This document shows, piece after piece, positions 61,246-64,000 of a DNA stretch of 64,000 bases. Origin of the DNA: Myxococcales bacterium (GTDB lineage Bacteria; Myxococcota_A; Polyangia; Polyangiales; Ga0077539); contig JAEUKI010000001.1 in assembly GCA_016793325.1 (NCBI GenBank), forward strand, positions 50,625 through 114,624. The letters run 5' to 3'. The notes under the pieces are model-generated. The model did no database searches. It worked only from the letters and a program-made list of their open reading frames with translations, and was not told the origin of the DNA. Numbering within the stretch: the stretch's first letter is position 1; each line of letters begins with the position of its first letter. A program made the position numbers and the translations under genes.

Positions 61246-63513
61246 ATGACTTCGTTGAGGCTTGCTCTTGCGATCGTGACCGTCGCGGCCCTCGCTGCGT
61301 GCGGCGGCCGCCCCGTGCTGCGCGGACCCGATGACGGCTCCGCGGGCGACGGCTCGATGATGGACTCGATGATCGCCGACGATCGCGTGGTCCCTCCCAA
61401 CGAGGGGGGCCTCGTGTGCGGCGCCAACGAGGTCCGCTGCGGCGATCGTTGCGTCGACCCTCGGTCGGACGCGATGAATTGTGGTGCCTGCGGCGTCACG
61501 TGCGCCGCCGGCCAGGTGTGCAGCTCGGGCCGCTGCTCGGCCGACTGTTCGCCGGGCCAGACGCGGTGCGGAAGCTCGTGCGTCGACACGCAGAGCGACA
61601 ACGCGAACTGCGGCGCGTGCGGGACGATCTGCCCCGTCGGCCAGAGCTGCAACCGCGGGACGTGCGGCTGTCCGATGGGCCAGCTCTCGTGCGGCGGGGC
61701 GTGCGTCGACCCCCGATCGGACCCGATGAATTGTGGTGCCTGTGGAGCGACCTGCCCCGCGGGCCAGGTGTGCAACGCCGGCGCGTGCGCGGCGATGTGC
61801 ACAGCGCCCCTCGTCAACTGCGGCGGGGCGTGCGTCGACACGCAGAGCGACAACGGCAACTGCGGCGCGTGCGGCGGGCGGTGCACGGGCGGGACGAGCT
61901 GCTCGGGCGGGGCGTGCGCGTGCCCGACGGGCCAGACGTTGTGCGACGGGATGTGCGTGGATCCGCGGTCGAACCCCTCGCACTGCGGCGGCTGCGGGAT
62001 GTCCTGCGCGACGGGCCAGGTGTGCGCGGCGGGGACGTGCGCCGCCGCGTGCCCGCCCGGTCGAACGATGTGCGGCGGGGCGTGCGTGGACACGCAGTCG
62101 GACAGCTCGAATTGTGGTGTCTGCGGGACGACATGCTCGGGCGGGACCGCGTGCGTCGCCGGCGCCTGCGCGTGCCCTCGCGGCGGCGCGCTCTGCGGCG
62201 GGGTGTGCACGGACGTGACGACGGACGTTCGCAACTGCGGCGGGTGCGGGATGCTCTGCGCGATGGGCCAGGTGTGCGCGGCGGGGCGCTGCGTGGCGAT
62301 GTGCCCGACGGGGACGTTGCTGTGCGGCGGCGCGTGCGTCGACGCGCAGATGGACCCGATGAATTGTGGTGCGTGCGGCGTGGCGTGCACGGGCGGCGCT
62401 GTGTGCGCGGGCGGCGCCTGCAGTTGTCCGACGGGGCAGGTGCTCTGCGCGGGGCGCTGCGTGGACGTTCGTTCGGACGCGGCGAACTGCGGGATGTGCG
62501 GCGCTGCGTGCATGCCGGGCGCGAGCTGCGTCGCGGGCGTGTGCATGGGCATGGGGATGTGCCCGCCCGGCACCGTGAGCTGCGGCGGAACCTGCGTGGA
62601 CACCCAGAGCGACCGGGCCAACTGCGGGGCGTGCGGCCGCGCGTGCGCGGCGGGCGAGACGTGTCGCGCGGGCGTGTGCGCCTCGACGATGATCTCGTGC
62701 CCGATCGGCTCGACGCTGTGCGGGGCGCGGTGCGTGAGCACGCTGCTCGACCCGATGAATTGTGGTGCGTGCGGGACGGCGTGCGCTGCGGGGCAGGTGT
62801 GCCAGCTCGGCCGCTGCGTGGCGTCCATGACGATGTGCTCGGCGCCGACGAGCAACTGCGGCGGGGTGTGCCTCAATACGCAGATCGACCCGCGCAACTG
62901 CGGCGCGTGCGGAAACGTCTGCCCCACGGGACAGACCTGCGAGATGGGCGCGTGCCGCGCTCCGGTCGTGATGTGCCCGATGGGCACCACCAACTGCGGC
63001 GGCCGCTGCACGGTCACCTCGGTGGACCCGTTGAATTGTGGTGCGTGTGGAACGGCCTGCGCGATGGGGCAGTTCTGCCGCGACGGGATGTGCGTCTCTC
63101 CGACGGGGATGTGCCCGCCGTTGACGACCAACTGCAGCGGCGTGTGCACCAACACGCAAGTGGACCCGAGCAACTGCGGCGGCTGCGGGACGCGCTGCAC
63201 GACGGGGCAAGTGTGCTTGCTCGGCCGCTGCCAGACGACGGGGATGATGTGCCCTCCGACGACCACCAACTGCAGCGGGGTGTGCACCAACACGCAAGTG
63301 GACCCGAGCAACTGCGGGGCGTGCGGGATGCGCTGCGCGATCGGGCAGGTGTGCGTCCTCGGGATGTGCCGCGGCGGAATGATGATGTGCCCGCCGGGCT
63401 TCTCGACGTGCAGCGGGATGTGCGTCAACACGCAGATCGATACGCGCAACTGCGGCGGGTGCGGGATGGCGTGTCGACCTGGGCAGTTCTGCCTGCTCGG
63501 TCGTTGCCGCTGA
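61246..63513 (+). CDS. Lipoprotein made of ~16 tandem Cys-rich repeats (C..G...CGG.CVD.Q.D..NCG.CG..C..GQ.C..G.C; Stig1-like)
   Basis: Lipobox VTVAALAAC. The 'NCGxCG' motif occurs 16 times at a 37-45-aa period. The ATG lies 14 nt after the ompA-like stop. The long antisense ORFs (60918-63449, 60949-63576) are mirror artefacts. Confidence 0.85.
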   Translation: MTSLRLALAIVTVAALAACGGRPVLRGPDDGSAGDGSMMDSMIADDRVVPPNEGGLVCGANEVRCGDRCVDPRSDAMNCGACGVTCAAGQVCSSGRCSADCSPGQTRCGSSCVDTQSDNANCGACGTICPVGQSCNRGTCGCPMGQLSCGGACVDPRSDPMNCGACGATCPAGQVCNAGACAAMCTAPLVNCGGACVDTQSDNGNCGACGGRCTGGTSCSGGACACPTGQTLCDGMCVDPRSNPSHCGGCGMSCATGQVCAAGTCAAACPPGRTMCGGACVDTQSDSSNCGVCGTTCSGGTACVAGACACPRGGALCGGVCTDVTTDVRNCGGCGMLCAMGQVCAAGRCVAMCPTGTLLCGGACVDAQMDPMNCGACGVACTGGAVCAGGACSCPTGQVLCAGRCVDVRSDAANCGMCGAACMPGASCVAGVCMGMGMCPPGTVSCGGTCVDTQSDRANCGACGRACAAGETCRAGVCASTMISCPIGSTLCGARCVSTLLDPMNCGACGTACAAGQVCQLGRCVASMTMCSAPTSNCGGVCLNTQIDPRNCGACGNVCPTGQTCEMGACRAPVVMCPMGTTNCGGRCTVTSVDPLNCGACGTACAMGQFCRDGMCVSPTGMCPPLTTNCSGVCTNTQVDPSNCGGCGTRCTTGQVCLLGRCQTTGMMCPPTTTNCSGVCTNTQVDPSNCGACGMRCAIGQVCVLGMCRGGMMMCPPGFSTCSGMCVNTQIDTRNCGGCGMACRPGQFCLLGRCR

Positions 63514-63595
63514 GCTGAGCGTGGGGGTGGAGCTTCGTGGGCGGGGGACGAGCGAGGCTCTACCGCGCGAGCGCATCGCGTTGGATTATCGCGGG

Positions 63596-63865
63596 ATGTG
63601 CCGAAACATCCGGGTCCTGCTCAACTTCGCGCCTCCTGCTACGGACGAGGAGGTCCACGCGGCGGCGCTGCAATACGTACGCAAGGTGACGGGGAGCGCG
63701 AAGCCCTCGAAGGCGAACGAAGCGCAGTTCGCGAAGGCGGTCGAAGAGATCGCGGCGATCACGCGAAGGCTCGTCGACGAGATGGAGGTCAAGGCGCCGC
63801 CGCGGACGCGAGAGGTGTTCGCGGCGAAGCTGAAGGCGCGTTCGCTGAAGCGCTTTTCGCAGTGA
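63596..63865 (+). CDS. DUF2277-family small protein
   Basis: MCRNIRVLLNFAPPATDEEVHAAALQYVRKVTGSAKPSKANEAQF matches my recollection of DUF2277 (MCRNI..L.NF.PPAT.EE..AAALQ(Y/F)VRKvSG). The upstream 25 codons of the track ORF are probably not translated. Confidence 0.7.
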   Translation: MCRNIRVLLNFAPPATDEEVHAAALQYVRKVTGSAKPSKANEAQFAKAVEEIAAITRRLVDEMEVKAPPRTREVFAAKLKARSLKRFSQ

Positions 63866-64000
63866 TCGATCGCGGCGATCGCGAGGGCAGAGGGGGGCGT
63901 AGGTTCATGATGCGGCGCGGCGTAGCTGAATGAAGCCGCGGACGCGCGCTGGCGGTAGAGTGCGGCTACCACCATGGCGAAGCGACTGCCGCGATTGACC

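Noticed and set aside
61246-63513. A regular ~120-nt periodicity that could superficially resemble a CRISPR or other non-coding array.
   Set aside because: The periodic units are in frame and encode a conserved 8-Cys protein repeat. There are no unique spacers of constant length and no cas genes.
63974-64000. ATG at 63974 (MAKRLPRLT...) as the start of a further gene running off the window.
   Set aside because: Only 9 codons are visible, which cannot be supported.
1-64000. Prophage, transposon or integrative-element boundaries (integrase, transposase, tRNA attachment site).
   Set aside because: No such genes or tRNA genes were recognised anywhere in the window. The only compositional island is the rhs tip/immunity region, plus short AT-richer promoter patches.

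Overview
This is a very GC-rich (roughly 70%) bacterial chromosomal segment. The gene content suggests Myxococcota: many lipoproteins, FG-GAP, PEGA, RCC1 and RHS proteins, a Ser/Thr kinase, a CorE-type ECF sigma factor and an AgmX/PglI-type protein. That assignment is inference, not a search result. I support about 54 CDS and found no rRNA, tRNA, CRISPR array, transposase or integrase. Many long ORFs in the six-frame track are Arg/Pro/Ala-rich mirror frames of real genes and were rejected. Start codons were re-picked by hand, and the track also writes GTG starts as M. ATGA, GTGA or 8-nt start/stop overlaps show that many neighbouring genes are translationally coupled.

Housekeeping blocks:
- cysK-cysE, with a cystathionine beta-synthase nearby
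- menB
- a fatty-acid desaturase
- a YbgC-type thioesterase
- lrp-gltB-gltD

Most interesting items:
1. A 54-aa, 14-Cys metallothionein-like sORF that is absent from the ORF track. It lies 16 nt upstream of a CorE-like ECF sigma factor with a Cys-rich C-terminal tail, followed by a MerC-domain membrane protein (24721-25989, minus strand). This looks like a compact metal-sensing and buffering operon.
2. A Sec-signal RHS polymorphic toxin whose roughly 108-aa C-terminal tip after the DPVGL boundary is a small Cys-rich module. A low-GC candidate immunity gene follows it.
3. A DUF4276 (Toprim-like) gene coupled to an edge-truncated upstream gene. Next to it are a repeat-bracketed two-gene cassette and an orphan ParB-like protein.
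4. Several families of structured intergenic repeats: a 107-bp two-hairpin element placed just after stop codons, nested long palindromes, and an iteron-like array.
5. An OmpA/TSP3 protein paired with a lipoprotein made of 16 Cys-rich 'NCGxCG' repeats that show an odd codon dimorphism.

All family assignments rest on motif recognition by eye. No HMM or BLAST search was run.
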